A stretch of 64,000 bases of DNA from Gnetum montanum (lineage: Eukaryota > Plantae > Gnetophyta). Location: NCBI GenBank assembly GCA_015680685.1, contig MNCI01002989.1:331484-395483 (forward strand), given 5' to 3'. The translations under genes were made by a program, and so were the position numbers. The notes under the pieces are model-generated. The model was not told the origin of the DNA and did no database searches. It saw only the letters and a program-made list of their open reading frames with translations. Below, in pieces: positions 10,475 to 24,300 of the stretch. Numbering within the stretch: the stretch's first letter is position 1; every line of letters starts with the position of its first letter.

Positions 10475-11930
10475 AGGATAAAGGAAAAGCCACAACAACG
10501 ACAGTAGCGGCGGTTGCTGAAGGGGTCAAGAAAAAAAACAATAACAACAAGAAAACAACCGCAGAGCCAACCGAGCCAACAACTAGCTCAAATGGCGCCA
10601 ATTAAGAAGCTCCTTCCGCCCCCTGAAGCATCCCCACAACTGAGGCCAAAATTTGAGCATAAAGACAGCTCAAATTACGCAACTCTACTTGTGAAGCCTT
10701 TAGAACTTCTGAAGCAATTACTGGGAACCAGCCACATCCGACACAAGGCAGTGTCCGAGGAGGCTCTGAAACATCACAGGTGCCACTATGAGTTACTCAA
10801 GAATCCCTCCTTGGCCCAACCTAATGAACCGCCCGTTCCTAAGAACTTTAGGCTAGATTGATTCTGCGACTACCATAAATTGTGTGGTCATGACACAGAC
10901 AACTGCTGGGCATTGAAAGATGACATTCAACGTATGATTGATCAAGGTGACCTAATCTTAGACAATAGTAGTCCAGCTCACTCAGAGAATCAAGCCATGC
11001 ATGTGTACCAAGATCTATTAAATGCAAATAACGCAGGATACACAATTAATGTGGCAGGAGTGGAGGGTGATAATCAGGTGCAGCCGAAACAGCCTTTCGT
11101 GTTGTGAACGCATCCTCGCTCTCCCCGAACAACGGATCCATCAACATCGACAAGTGGTGTTCCAAGGCAACCTTTTATCCTTAGAGCCCCTTCTCAGACA
11201 ACTTCTCGACAGCCCCCTATTGGTAAAGCTGTGGCCTAGCCCGCGCCTGCACCCAAGGCTCCCTTTGTCATCAGGATGCCAAAACCATCAACTGCCCCTC
11301 CTGTGCAGGGGCAAACCTCCAAGTTAATCTTCCAATCCCAACTTAACAAAAAAGGAGAAGGAAGTATGACAACTGGTACGGCCAAGGACCATCTTACGCT
11401 AGGGTTTCCCAAGCCTAAACCCCTAGCTTCTGTACCCTTGGCCACATTTTCTAACAATGGTGAAGTGACGCAAATGCAACCATCTACTCCTAGCCAAAAG
11501 AAACACAGCCCTTGACCGAATGTCACTCCTCCACAAGAAATTCGTCTCCTAGGGTGAATGGAAGAGGAAAAGGATGACAAGCAGCCAGATCGGGGGTGGG
11601 ATCTCTTCGACTCCTTTATGCAAGTCAAATAGGCTCTAAAACAAAAAAATACAATGTTGAGAAACCTAGGCCTTCCTTATTGACCTTTCATGACATCACA
11701 GAAACATCGTGAGGCTATGGTTCGTATGCTGACATCCATACCCGTGGGCGAAAGCCTGCCAGTAGATGAAGAAGTGATTCACTCCATTATGCTTCCTCTC
11801 GCAGCTAAGAAACCTGGGCCTTCCTTGTTGACCTTTCACGATGAATCCATTAAGGATGACCCAGAGAAGGGTTAGGTGACAATGACACCCATGTTCATCA
11901 CCATTTGGGTTGGCCAACACCGAATTCAGA
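10475..11930 (+). mobile_element. Older gag/pro fragment of the same family, in opposite orientation
   Basis: Colinear with the reverse complement of 5572-7022 (e.g. CGHDTDNCWALKDDIQRMIDQGDLILD, SQKHREAMVRMLTSIP); many stops. Confidence 0.9.
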
Positions 11931-14371
11931 CCAACTGGTGGGAACCAGGCAACCGATTCTAGATGTCTTCAATCTTCTGAACAACATAATTGTAACTTAC
12001 TTGGAGCTATTGGAAGCAAGGGTCAAGAACATCATTCTGGAGGGCCAACTTGAAATAGCCAAAGAGCTAAATGAATGCTTAGCTATGGAGGTTGTCGAAC
12101 TAAGAGCCCATATTGTTGACCTTGCATTCCTCAACCCAATACTAACAAAGAATAAAGCTCTTGAACATCTTCACATAAGACTAAAAGGCGTTGAGGGTGT
12201 GATGGAGATGGTGGTGTTCTATTGATCCTTGGTAGAGGCCACTTAGCATAAAATTTAGAAGGCCTTGGATTAGACCCGCTAGGAGATGGTACAATTGACT
12301 ACAAAGAATCATTGCCTACGAAATGTTGATGCATAAAAATAGAATATGGTAGATTTCATCCATCAATAGTATGAATAGCTAGGCAGAGTGAACACTAAGC
12401 TGAGGAGATTAGCAGTAGAAAATAGAAACCTCTCTATCGAGGAGGTCCGTGCTCTTCGCCAAAAGACTACAATCGAAGTAGTCACTTGGAAATTAAAGGC
12501 TCTCAAATTTGAGAGAGTCAAAAATTACTACAGATATTAGCTTGGTCTACACAAATAAGTTAATGAAAAACACATCTAGTTAGTGAAGGAAAAGGTAAAT
12601 GAGAGCCTCCAGTAACTCCAATAAGGAAGAGAGGTATGACAACCTATCATTGATGGTATAGATGCCTACAACAAAGTGGAGATTCACATGGAGGAGTTGT
12701 AGATTAAAGAGATGATAGAATACATGGAGCTTACCAATCTTCGATATGCAAATCTGGTTATGCTGAGTGTTAGACGACCGTAGTCTAAATTGGAGAAATA
12801 AGTGGGTAGCTTATACTTGTTGTATAAGACAAAGTTCAAGCATCACAAGGACACCAAGTAGAAGCTTGTAGTGGTAAATGCGGAACTCAAGGTTCTCAAG
12901 GCGAAGTTCACTGATCAAATATTAACTACTAAGAACCTGGCCAAAAGGATGAATGAGTACTAAGAGTTGCAGAATACAATTAGGGTGTTTGATATTGAAT
13001 GTAAGCAATTCATTGCTTAGTTTATCAATGTCAAGGAGTTGTTCCCAAAAATGCTTTATCTATGGGATATCCCCATTCCAGCCCACATTGGTGATGTCAC
13101 GTGAATTGTGAATGATCCTTGGAGCAAGGAGGAGAAGATGAAGAAATTGTTGGATGCCTTTCACCTTCCACTAGAAGTGGCAGCTATAGCAAGACAACCA
13201 TAGCTGCCTCAACCACTACGTGCACCCAAAGTTGGAGAAGGTTCTTTGGAGCCCTAGGAACCTCCACCACTTGGGACCGTCTAACCTTTTTAACCATCTT
13301 CATGCTATCAGAGGATGTGTTGTGCAATTTTATTCAATCATGTTCTGGTGTTCAATTTCATGTCATGAACACCATAATTTTGTAATCAATGTCGATCTGT
13401 ACACCTAGGCACTTAGTTTTGTTTTTTTATGTTACCTTGGTTGTATCATAAGTTGGTTAATAATTCCATACCTTTCCCATTTTTGTAAAGATTTAGTCAT
13501 GGGGGTATGATTAAGTGTCTTTGGTCAACTACATTGATAGGATGCCATTGACAGGATCCTGTCAATGTAGGGTTTTCTGCATTGACGTATACTTGTCGAC
13601 ATGGCATCCTGGTAGGTCTATAAATACAGCATCCCAGTTGTGTTAATGAGAGTTAGATTTTTAGTTGCTAGTGGAATTCTTATAGTTTGTTTTCATAAGA
13701 GAGAATAATTTTCTAAGTGCTTGTGGCGAGAGTTAAGAAGTGTATGGATCTTTATTTTAGCACTATTGTACCTGAGCATTACATTGTGTGCGACAATAAA
13801 GATGAGCTTTTTGATAAACCTTGCAGCACTTGGACTAGCTTAATGATTTATTTATGAATTTATTATTTTAATTAATTAAACTAGAATTATTAAGATTTTA
13901 AGTAATTAATTAATTAAGCTAAATACACTAGCATACATAAGTACAACCACTTCAAACATATGTATAACACTTGGTAATCCCAGTAGCGCTTAACGCTTGG
14001 TCGCCCAATAGTGTTATATTTGTTCAGGATGTGTACAGAAAGTCAGACCAGATGCTTATGTTAGGATAGTTAGTTAGTAATTAGCAATTAAATTAGTTGA
14101 ATTATTTAATTAATTTATTCTCAATCTATTACCAACCTTAGGTGAACAATATATAAAAATGATAAAAATCATGTTCCTAGATTACACTTAATCATACAAC
14201 TGAGCCTCACAAGTGTAGTTGGGAAGACAATGATCATTCCATGATTAGATTCACCTTCTAGATTGAATCTTGTGTACAAGAACACTAGGAATCAATGGAA
14301 TTCAACCAAATCATACGTGAAAGCCTTAGTGATTCGAATGGTTGGGCGTAGGGGTACCTCACTACTCATCA
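11931..14371 (+). mobile_element. 3' portion of an Athila-like element: degenerate coiled-coil ORF, PPT and 3' LTR (13508-14371)
   Basis: PPT-like tcatgggggta followed by TGA...CTCATCA; LTR and pre-LTR sequence resemble the reverse complement of 14876-15750. Confidence 0.7.
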
Positions 14372-14875
14372 CTTGTCGACGCATCATAGGATGCATTGGC
14401 GCATGTGTGTTGATGCTAATCCAACCATTGCCTATATAATAAGTATGCACACCTACCTCAATTATGACACCATTTGGTCGATTCCCTAGTCAAACTCTTG
14501 AAATTTCTCTTTGTAAAATTTAGCAAACTTTTCCTCATGAGTGCTTGTAGTGTGGATTGAATTGATTATACAACATTTTATTTTGGTGCAATATGTACCT
14601 AGACGCACTTGCTTGAATGACAATAAAATCAAGATTTATTCTATCCATTGCAACACTTAGATTAGTTTAAATTTATTTTCTAACACTTTAGTTTGAATGC
14701 AATTTACTTTCTTGCCTTTAAGCATTTAATATGATATAATTTTTAATTAACGTGAGTATGACCACTTCAAGCATAATATACTAACACTTAGTAATCCTAG
14801 TAGTAGATACTTGGCATGCCCAATAGTAAACACTTGGTAATTTAGTAGTGTTAGTATATGTTCAAGATGTGTCCA
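14372..14875 (+). repeat. Left piece of an interrupted related LTR
   Basis: Similar to the interior of LTR 13508-14371; continues at 26389. Confidence 0.65.
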
Positions 14876-15681
14876 TGATGAGCGGCGAGGTATCCCTACG
14901 CTTAACCATACAAATACGAGCATCTATGCACGATTCGGTCGAATTCCAAGGACTAAGTGCTTATGTGCCTTTGTAGAACAAGGATGGGTTGATCAATCAT
15001 TGTCTTCCCAAGCTTACTTGTATAGCACAATTGTATGGTTAAGTAAACTTGAGGTACTTGATTTTTATAGTTTTTATGTTTTATGTCCTAGTGCTACAAA
15101 GGGAGGAGAGAGATAACTAAGTAACTAATTTTGATTTAACTACTCAACTATCCCTTAACTAGTCCTAACACCAGCATCTATTTTCACTTGTCGTACACAT
15201 TCTGAACTAGTGCAACACTACTGGGATTACCAAACTCTAACCATTACTAGGTTACCAAGCATTACATGCATGCTCGAAGTGATCATACTAAGTGTGCTTA
15301 CTTAGGAGAGTTGTAGGGGGAGAGAGAACATTAATTAACTAAGGAAAGCATTAAGTAACAGTAATTAACATTAATTAATCTATTCTGAATGCTGCAAGGT
15401 TTATGACAAAGTTCATCTTTATTGTCGTACACAAGATGTGCTCAGGTACACAATGCTCAAATAAATATTCGTTCACTTTATGACTCATACTGTAGGCACT
15501 CAGAAATAATTCTATCTCTGGAAAGGGAAAAAGGCAAGAGTTTGGGTAAGGGACTAAGACTAACTATGCAAACCAAGTGTGCCTGCCTCTTATTTATAGG
15601 CAATGAGGTAGGCCCCAATATCGCGTACATGATATTGCTTGGAAGGCTCCAATATTGCGTACTTGATATCGTAGCTCATCA
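14876..15681 (-). repeat. 3' LTR of the Athila-like element
   Basis: Direct repeat of 25596-26388; adjacent PPT tacccctac at 15682. Confidence 0.9.
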
Positions 15682-17635
15682 TACCCCTACGACTAAATGA
15701 AAACTCATCCTCAAGTTCCTTACAAAATATTGGGAAGGTATGGGATTATTGATTGAATGAGAACTGACTGCGACAAAGAATAACAGACTCAAAGTGCCTA
15801 GTGAACAGATCGACAAACATATTACAACATTGGTGTTCACGCCCTTTATGGTGAACACTGTACATAGATGATATCTGAACCCTCATTCGACAACTTCAAG
15901 AGAGAGTAAAGAAACTGAGGCCCATTGCTACCGACGTCACGATTACGCCTTCCGTTGTTTATCCATAGCCATGTGACCAAACTTGTTCCCAGCATAAACC
16001 CTCCAGCTCTAATCCATTCCAAGTGCTTCCGCCTATCCTAGTCCATAGTTCATGCAATTGCCATTTGCACACAAAACACAATCACAAATGAGCAAGGATA
16101 AGTAAACCATAATGCAGTTGATACCTTGCCTTGATATAAAGTATTGGCTGGGTTGTGGTTATGACAGAAACTCGGTTAGAGGTTTATCACTAATAACTAC
16201 CCAAGTTCTAGGGGTGACACAAGTAGTAGAATGGAAAAATTTGTGATAGGCCCCCCACAACTAAGAGCGAACCTCCGGTAGCAATAGGGTGGAAAAGTAT
16301 AGGGAACAAGAAAAATGGGAAAAATAACAATGACGATGCTAATAAAATGGATGTCATGGATGGGGATGAAATGAGAAATTGCTGATTGCAAGAAATGTTT
16401 AAGGAAAAGAATTTAATAATTACACCATAAAGAAATGTTAGTGGTCCTCCCCAAAGTAGGCTCATGCCCTTTATGGCCTAACAAACCCACAAACCAAAGA
16501 GTCCATAGGCTCTAGGAATGACATATGGAACCGGTGGTTAAAGATTGACCTACAAGAATTTACCAAAAAATAACAATGCATTAACCAGGAGATAAACTAA
16601 TCATAAAATCGGCAATGAGGTGGAAAATGGGACGAAAGATGGAGAGTAGAAAATGGAATGGAATCCCAAGAGCAAGGTTGTGTAAAGTCCCTTGTGTATA
16701 TTATGGTTAAGGTAACTAAGTAGAACTCATTCCAAATCCAGACTCAAACCAACCACATTCAGTGACCTCACATCAATACACTTGGCCAATCCATCCCCTT
16801 GAAGAAATAAGAATGCTTCCCCAAAGAGCCACCACCATTCCAAGGAGAGCGAGATGGAGAAGCAAGAAGCAAGAAAGGGCCTTAGTTAGAAAGAACCTTC
16901 AGGCATGGGTAACATGTCTTTCCAGTGCTTGTAGCCTAGATTTCTTCATTATGTCTAAGGGATGTGCTTTGAATTCTCACCAGTTTTTTTTTAACGTGAG
17001 AACCACACCACGCAAAGAATTATTTGATTTATTCGACTTCCTAATGTTTGGTCATCAGAAGAATGGCGGAGAACCCATGAAAAGTATCCCAAGTACCCAG
17101 GAGAATAGCCAGCACACATGCATCAAATCCCCTTGAAGTCACATCCTTTTCAACCATTGAATCCTTCCTCGATTTGAAGAATATGAAGCCACCAATTTAT
17201 TAATAAATTTATTTAGAAAAAGGGATAGTACAGTTCCAAGACCAAGCGAGACCATAGAGTTGAATGGACGAATGGACGGTGTGGGCTCATTGCCTGTTTT
17301 ATCAAAAGAACCATATCATAGTATCATCATTGAAAATCAAATGTAAAAACCCAACATTAACAATCAACACCATTATAGTACAATCCACCATCATGAGCAC
17401 TTATTGTATGATGAATGAAAGTAAATCAAACAAAGAAATAGGAAAAAATGTAAACCATGGTGTAAAACAAAAAATAAATAAAATTGTAAAACAAAAGATA
17501 CAAAAAAAAAAGAGAGCTGAGGGCTTAGAATGGTTAGCATTGGTGGCCATCTCCCCCACAACTAAGTTGGAAGAAGGAGATCCAAAATAACGAGCAGGGT
17601 TGTCCACCAATAGATGTAGTATTGGTACTAGCTAT

Positions 17636-20600
17636 TCAAAGCTCATGAAAGGGTTTGGTTTGTTGGATGTTGACCAAAAATTTCTTATCTGGGCTCTCAA
17701 GTTTGTAAATCATCATGGCCCCTAAAGGAAAAGTTGCATAAATAATATAAGGTCCTTCCCACAAGGTTTGAAATGTAGTGCGTTGTGGCACATGTGTGGG
17801 ATTCCAGTATAGAACCTTATCTCCTAGTTGATATTTAACTTTCCTAATTTTCAAGTCATGACATCATTTATTGAAGGCCTTATGTAATTCGTTAGATGAC
17901 AGGGCGGCTAATCGATTCTCATCTAGTAAGTTAAGGGTCATTAACAGTTCTTTTTGTGCTAGATCAAGGTCAAGGTTGAGATCACACGCCATAGATAGTG
18001 TATGGAGTTCTACTTGAATGGGAAGTGTTGGAAGTTCCCTGTACACTAACTCATAGGGAGAGTAGCCTATAGGGAGTTTTCATGTGGAGCGGTATGCCCA
18101 AAGAGCATCATTCAGTTTGGTGCTCCGATCTCTCCTATACTTACTAATAGTTCTTATCAATATTTTTGTAATCTCTCTATTGGTGACCTCGGCTTGACCA
18201 TTCACTTGAGGGTGGTATGGAGTAGTCAATTTGTGTTCAACCCCTAAGCGTTGCATCAGCTTCCGAAAAGTTGCACCTATAAAATGTGTGCCATTGTCAG
18301 AAATAAGTGCACGAGGCATGCCAAACTTGTTTACGATTTGTTGTTGAACAAATTGTGCAGCTGTAGATGAGGTAAAATCCTTAACAGTAGCTGCTTCTAC
18401 CCATTTTGTAAAGTAGTCAATAGCAACAACAATGTAAGCTTTCCCATTGGACATTGGTGTAATGGGCCCCATAAAATCAATTCCCCATATGTCGAAAGGT
18501 TCTAAAGGTTGAATCCATTGTTGTGGACCCTCCATTCTAGCAGTCATTCCCCCATCACATTGACAATGCTCACAAGATTGGATGAAATGATGGACATCCC
18601 AAAACAATGTAGGCCAATAATATCCTGTAGGTAGGATTTTAATGGTTGTTCATCTCCCAACATAATGACCCCCCACAAAGACCCTCATGAGCATCTTGGA
18701 GAACTCGTAGTTGATTTATATTAGGAACGCACCATCGAACCAAGCCATCGGGACATCCTTTATAAAGTTTCCCATTGATCTCCATAAAATACTTGGCTCA
18801 GTGAAGGAACTGTGGTTTCTTTTTAGCATCTAACTCTTGTGGTGTTTTTTGTGTAACGAGATAGGTGAGAATACTACTATACTATTTTGTTTCCATGGTC
18901 AATTGATTAGTTACTACACTTGCAAAGAGGAGTTCATTGGGGAAATGATCAGAAATTGGATACTCATCTTCTTTGTTGTCCCATCGCAACTGAGATAAAT
19001 GATCAGCAACTATGTTCTCGATGAGTTTACGATCAATCATTATAAGATTGAATTCTTGTAAGATTACGAGCCATCGTATGATGCAAGGGTTCATCATTGG
19101 TTTATTTATTAGGAACCTTATTGCACTATGATCCATGTGCATGAATACCTTATAGCCCAAGACATAGTGCCTAAATTTTTCTAGTGCAAACACTATAGCC
19201 ATTAATTCTTTCTCTGTTGTGGTGTAGTTAAGTTGTGCACCAGCAATACTCCTACTTGCATAGTGGATATAATAAGGATGTTTTTGGTCATCTAACTATG
19301 TAAGTAAGCATAGTTGGATGCATCAGTCATTATGCGGAATGGTCTGGACTAGTCAGGAGCTTGTAGAATGGGTGTTTCTATGAGCTTCTATTTTAACGTT
19401 TGGAAAGCTAGTTCGCATTCCCTAGTCCATTGAAAAGGTACGCCCTTTTTCGTTAGTTCAACCAATGGTCTTTCAACCTTTGAAAAGTTCTTAATAAACC
19501 TTTTTTAATAGCCAGTGTGTCCAAGGAATGACAGGATATCTTTTACAGTTTCAGGTTGCTGAGTGATTCCTTAAATAACTTTGATCTTTTCGGGGTCTAC
19601 CTATATCCCTATTTGTGAAATATTATGCCCTAATATGACACCTTCTTGGACCATTAAATGGCTTTTTTGCTAGTTGAGCCTTAAATTGGTTTTTACACAT
19701 GACTTTAGTACTTACTCTAACTGGTCCAAGGCTTGATTGAAGTTCACTCCGTAAGTGGAGAAGTCATCCATGAAGACTTCCACAGCATTTCCTATCTGCT
19801 GCTGGAATATGCTTAGAACTAATCATTGAAACATTGCAAGGGTACTGCACAAGCCAAACAACATTTGTTTGTATGCAAATGTTCCCCAAAGACTAGTGAA
19901 TGCAGTCTTGGCTTGGTCTTCTGGGGCTATTTGTATTTGGTTGTACCCACTGTACCCATTCAGAAAACTATAGTAGCGATGCCCTGTAATGGTGTCTAAG
20001 ACTTGGTCGACGAATGGCAATAGAAAGTGGTCTTTGAATGTTGCCATATTCAGTAGCCTAAAATCTATGCACATCCTCCATTTACCTCCCTTTTTGGGCA
20101 TAATAACTAAGGGGCTAACCCATTCACTATCAGCAATGGGGTATATGAACCCAACTTTTAGAAGCTATTCAATTTCTTCCTTAACCACTTGCTTAAGCTT
20201 TGGGTTCAATCACCTCTGCGATTGTCATCTAGGCTTCATGGAGGGGTCGGTGTAAATTCTGTGCTGGCATATCCTAGGATCTATTCCAGTTAATTTGGAT
20301 ATGACTAAGCGAAGGCTTTCAACCATTTTTTTATCACCTTCAATAGTCTCTCTTTCTATTGAGGAGCAAGCTTCGCGTTAATAATTACCGATTTTCCATT
20401 CTTGAGAAACGTGTACTCCATATCGGTGGGCAATGGTTTTAACTCAAGGGGCTCTTGCTTAAACTTATCAGGGATTTCCAACTTTCCCCAGTTGATATTT
20501 TCAATGTCAAGACTTGGAAGTTGGTGATGGACTTACTCTAATGTGTTTATGCTATCGATGTAAGCGCAAGTCAAACCCTCAATTGGTTCCATGCATATAG

Positions 20601-21332
20601 TTGAACTACTCTCTTGATCAACTATCAGCCACTGGGTGCCTTCTTCTCTTGTGGTTGTTGCATACAGGCATCTTTGTATATTAGTCACTTGTGGACACTG
20701 ATTACATGTAAGCAATGTTAAATGTTGTACAAATCATGCCTTCTGCATGCAATTACACCCTGTGTCATTGTATGCGATGCATGGAACTTTCCTCTTCTCA
20801 ATCTTCCCAAATGTATTTTCCTTTGATATTTCCAGGGAAGGATCACAGATTCCTAAGCATGCGTCAATTCTGCTTAGCCATGCTCTTCCCATTATGATTG
20901 GGAAGTCCCCTTACCATTGTTCACTTGAATCAATCGGAAGTCAGCTGGATACAACCACCCACAAATAGTGGTATCAATGTCCTCCACTAGCCCTAATGGG
21001 ATAGTGATGGACTGGTCGGCCAACTCTAAATGAATGTTACTCTTTTTTAGTGGAGGCAGGTTCTAGGCTTTGTACATTTCTTGAGAGATTAGGTTGACAC
21101 CGGAACCTAAATCCAAAAAAGCCTTGCACGGTTCATTCCCAACGATTTGTAAATATATAAGAGAACTTCCAGGATTACAAAATTTCCTAAAAAGATGATC
21201 GGCCTTAATCCAATTGGTGATGGCATGAGTTAACATGACCATATGTGTTAGGCACGGTGTTTGGCCTGAAGGGAGTTCCGAAGTTTTGATTGGTAATGAG
21301 GCATCTAAAGGATTAGCCACTTGTGGTTGCAA
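17636..21332 (-). pseudogene. pol (PR-RT-RNaseH-INT) of the Athila-like element, fragmented
   Basis: ORFs 21063-21332, 19823-20101, 18882-19202, 18080-18607 and 17636-17854. Confidence 0.9.
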
Positions 21333-24300
21333 GGGCTTAGGTGGACTTTTGGCTCTAAAGAAAGGTCTTTTCTTTATGCGGTTGTCAAAACCAATAGTAG
21401 ATTGAGAGTTAACAACCCTTGTAGTGTTACGTTGTTACAGCTAGGCAGGGAGTTCACCCTACATAGCTGGAGTAGGTGGTAATGGAGATATGGGTGGAAG
21501 AGGTGTAGCCGGATGAGAAGGATAGTATGTCTATGGAACGTCACCCCTAGGAGAAGGAGTCCTATAGTACTCATGAGCTTGGTAGTGAGGTTGAGGAGTG
21601 ACGTGACCAGTAGAGTCATGTGGAGAGATTGGCTGCTGCACGTAATATCCATACAGGTCAGTTTGCCAGTAAGGATACTGTTGTCGTGGTGGTGGCATTC
21701 CCCATAATTGTGGGTATTGCCACTATTGATACTGATCGATTGGTTGTGGTGGAGTTCCACTTGGATAATATGTTAAGGGTTGGTGGAACTGCCTTGGGTT
21801 ACCTTGAGGATAAGGAAACCTTTGGGGTGTTTACCTTTTGTTTAATCATGGGTTGAGTGCATACACCCCAGACTCCTGCAGATGTGAGATTACAGGGCAA
21901 CATCCCTTAGGATGGTCATATTGGCATATCTCGCATCCACTATCATTGTCTGTATTCGAAACCATAACCTCTTCGATGATGGCAACTTTGTCCTTACCCT
22001 TGTTACATGCATATTCTGCTTCTCTCTTCTTCTTTTTCTTTTCCCATTCACTACCTTGCTCTCTAGACTCCTCTACTATTTTGAGAACAGTTTGAAATTT
22101 ATCATCTAGGGAGTCCCACATTTGGTCTACCTTTGCCGATACTTTTCATGTAGGTTTTTGAATGTGTAAAGTTTTCCTATTCACCATCTCTTTGAGTGGT
22201 GACTCTTCTTCATCCTCACAAAATCTTACTCCCTTCTTTCGGAGGGAAGGATCTCTGTTATATTCCTTCGCACTTTCTCTTTTCTGTAACTCACCTCCCT
22301 CTTTAGCAACTTGCTCCAATAATCTTTGTACTTGATGGGTCCTAAGCCCAGATAGTCTTCCTTGGGCATAAGTCCCAAGGGTTCTTTGTGTTTCATGCCT
22401 AAGCTCATCTACGAGATGGCGTAGTTGATCCCTCTGTGAATAACCATGCTAGGACAATGATATAACAGTGCATAATATTGGCCCATGGCAGCATCCAAAG
22501 GTTCATGTCCTCCTTGTCTCCAGCCTTGGATTTGCTTTCACAGGTTGGACACTCGAGAGTACGTTTGGTACTTATTGTTGAACAATTCTAACATGGTACT
22601 CCACCTATGAATGGATTCCAGTTCTAAGGACCGGTACTAGCTTTCCGCTTCTTTGATTAGCATCCGTGGAAACAACTTTAATTTTTGCCATTCATTTTTT
22701 ATGTTTTATAAGGTACATGCATCATGAAATGCTTGTAGATGATTTTGAGAACCAACGTTGTATCCCCCTTCAAATCGTGGGATGTTATTCATATCTAATC
22801 TCTTGATCCTACTATCTTTTTGATGCCTTGTTGGAATTCTAACAGCCTCAGTTGTGTCCAACATACTTCGAGTAGCGAGGAGGGGTTCATTGTGATCGTC
22901 TTGTCCATGGCATCTATGATGCCTACGTTGTTCCCTACTCTCCCTTCTTTCACGGTGTGTTTCTCTAGAGTGCCCTTGTCCCCTTTCTTGACTATTTTGT
23001 CTATGACTCCTATTTTGCCTACCCTTATCCTCATGGTCTTTTTCTTTGTGACTATGTCCAGATCCTAAAGGAGAGGGTGAAAGAGATGATGAAGGTGAAG
23101 AAGAAGGAGGACCATCACCATGTTGGTGCCTGCTTCCTTCTCTTCGGTGGTCATGGCCTCAATCGCGGTTATGATCGGAATGTCCATCTTTGTTATGTGT
23201 TCGTGTTCCTTTTTTAGATCCTTTATGTCTGTCGATACCAAAATTCTGGTTATGGATAGTTGAGTAAAGATTCTAATACACAACTCCTTGACTAAAGTCA
23301 ATGGGAGGAACATCATTGTGTGGGCAATTACCTAAGGCAGGTTCATTACCCTCATTTTCTCTTAGGACATGTGGGACATTTTGCGACAACTTTCCCTTCA
23401 TGGATTCATGATGTCTCTCCTATTGTAAATCCCTTTGATGTTGTGCCTCCGTGGGTCGGTACTCTTTTGAGTCATGATTGAAACACCACTAATTTTGGCC
23501 TAACACTTTGAGACGAGAACAACTTAGAGCCTTTTTAGCTTTTGGAAGGTAAAAATTTGACTAAGGCATGTAACTCACATTCGACTTGTCAAGCTAGCTT
23601 ACCCTCAGCATGAGCTACTCCAACAACTTCAAGATCAAGTCAAAACGGTCCAACTTGAGGGTACAAGCCATCCTCAAAGGTTACTATTGTCCACTTTAAG
23701 TTTTAGCATTCAGGAGTTCAGATTTCGAGCCAAATTGCACAAATTTTCCTAGGTCACGCTGGCAGCGTGAGTACAGCGTGAGCAACTATAAGAGCCTCAA
23801 AACAAAGTCAAAATGGTCTGACTCCCAAGGTGCAAGTCATCCTCAGGGTTCATTACTAACAACTCCAAGTCCTTGCCTCCAGAATTCTAGATTTCAAGTC
23901 CAAAATTGCAAACTTTTTGTAGCTCACGTTGTGGTCACGCTAAGCTCACGCTAGTAGCATGAGTCCAACGTGAGCTACCAAAAGGGGTTAAAAACAAGGC
24001 ACATCCAAGCTCAGTTTTTGACTTGGAGATCACTCTCAAGGTCAACCATAATTAGGCAATTGCTGTACTCAAGAAACAGGCTTCAAAGATCAAAATTTGG
24101 TGTGGAATGTATTATTTTTAACTCACTCACGCTGAGGTCACGCTGGCAGCATTAGTACTGATCAATCCCGGTCAAAAGCATGCCAAACACATGCTGAAGA
24201 CATGCCAAGACGAAATCAACTCACGCTGGAAGCTTGTGTGAGGTAGAAATGCCTCAAACAGCCACATGATCACTCACATCAGCACTCGGCAGCAATCAAA

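Noticed and set aside
15422-15700. ORF duplicated at 26143-26373
   Set aside because: Both copies lie inside the paired LTRs; no protein signature.
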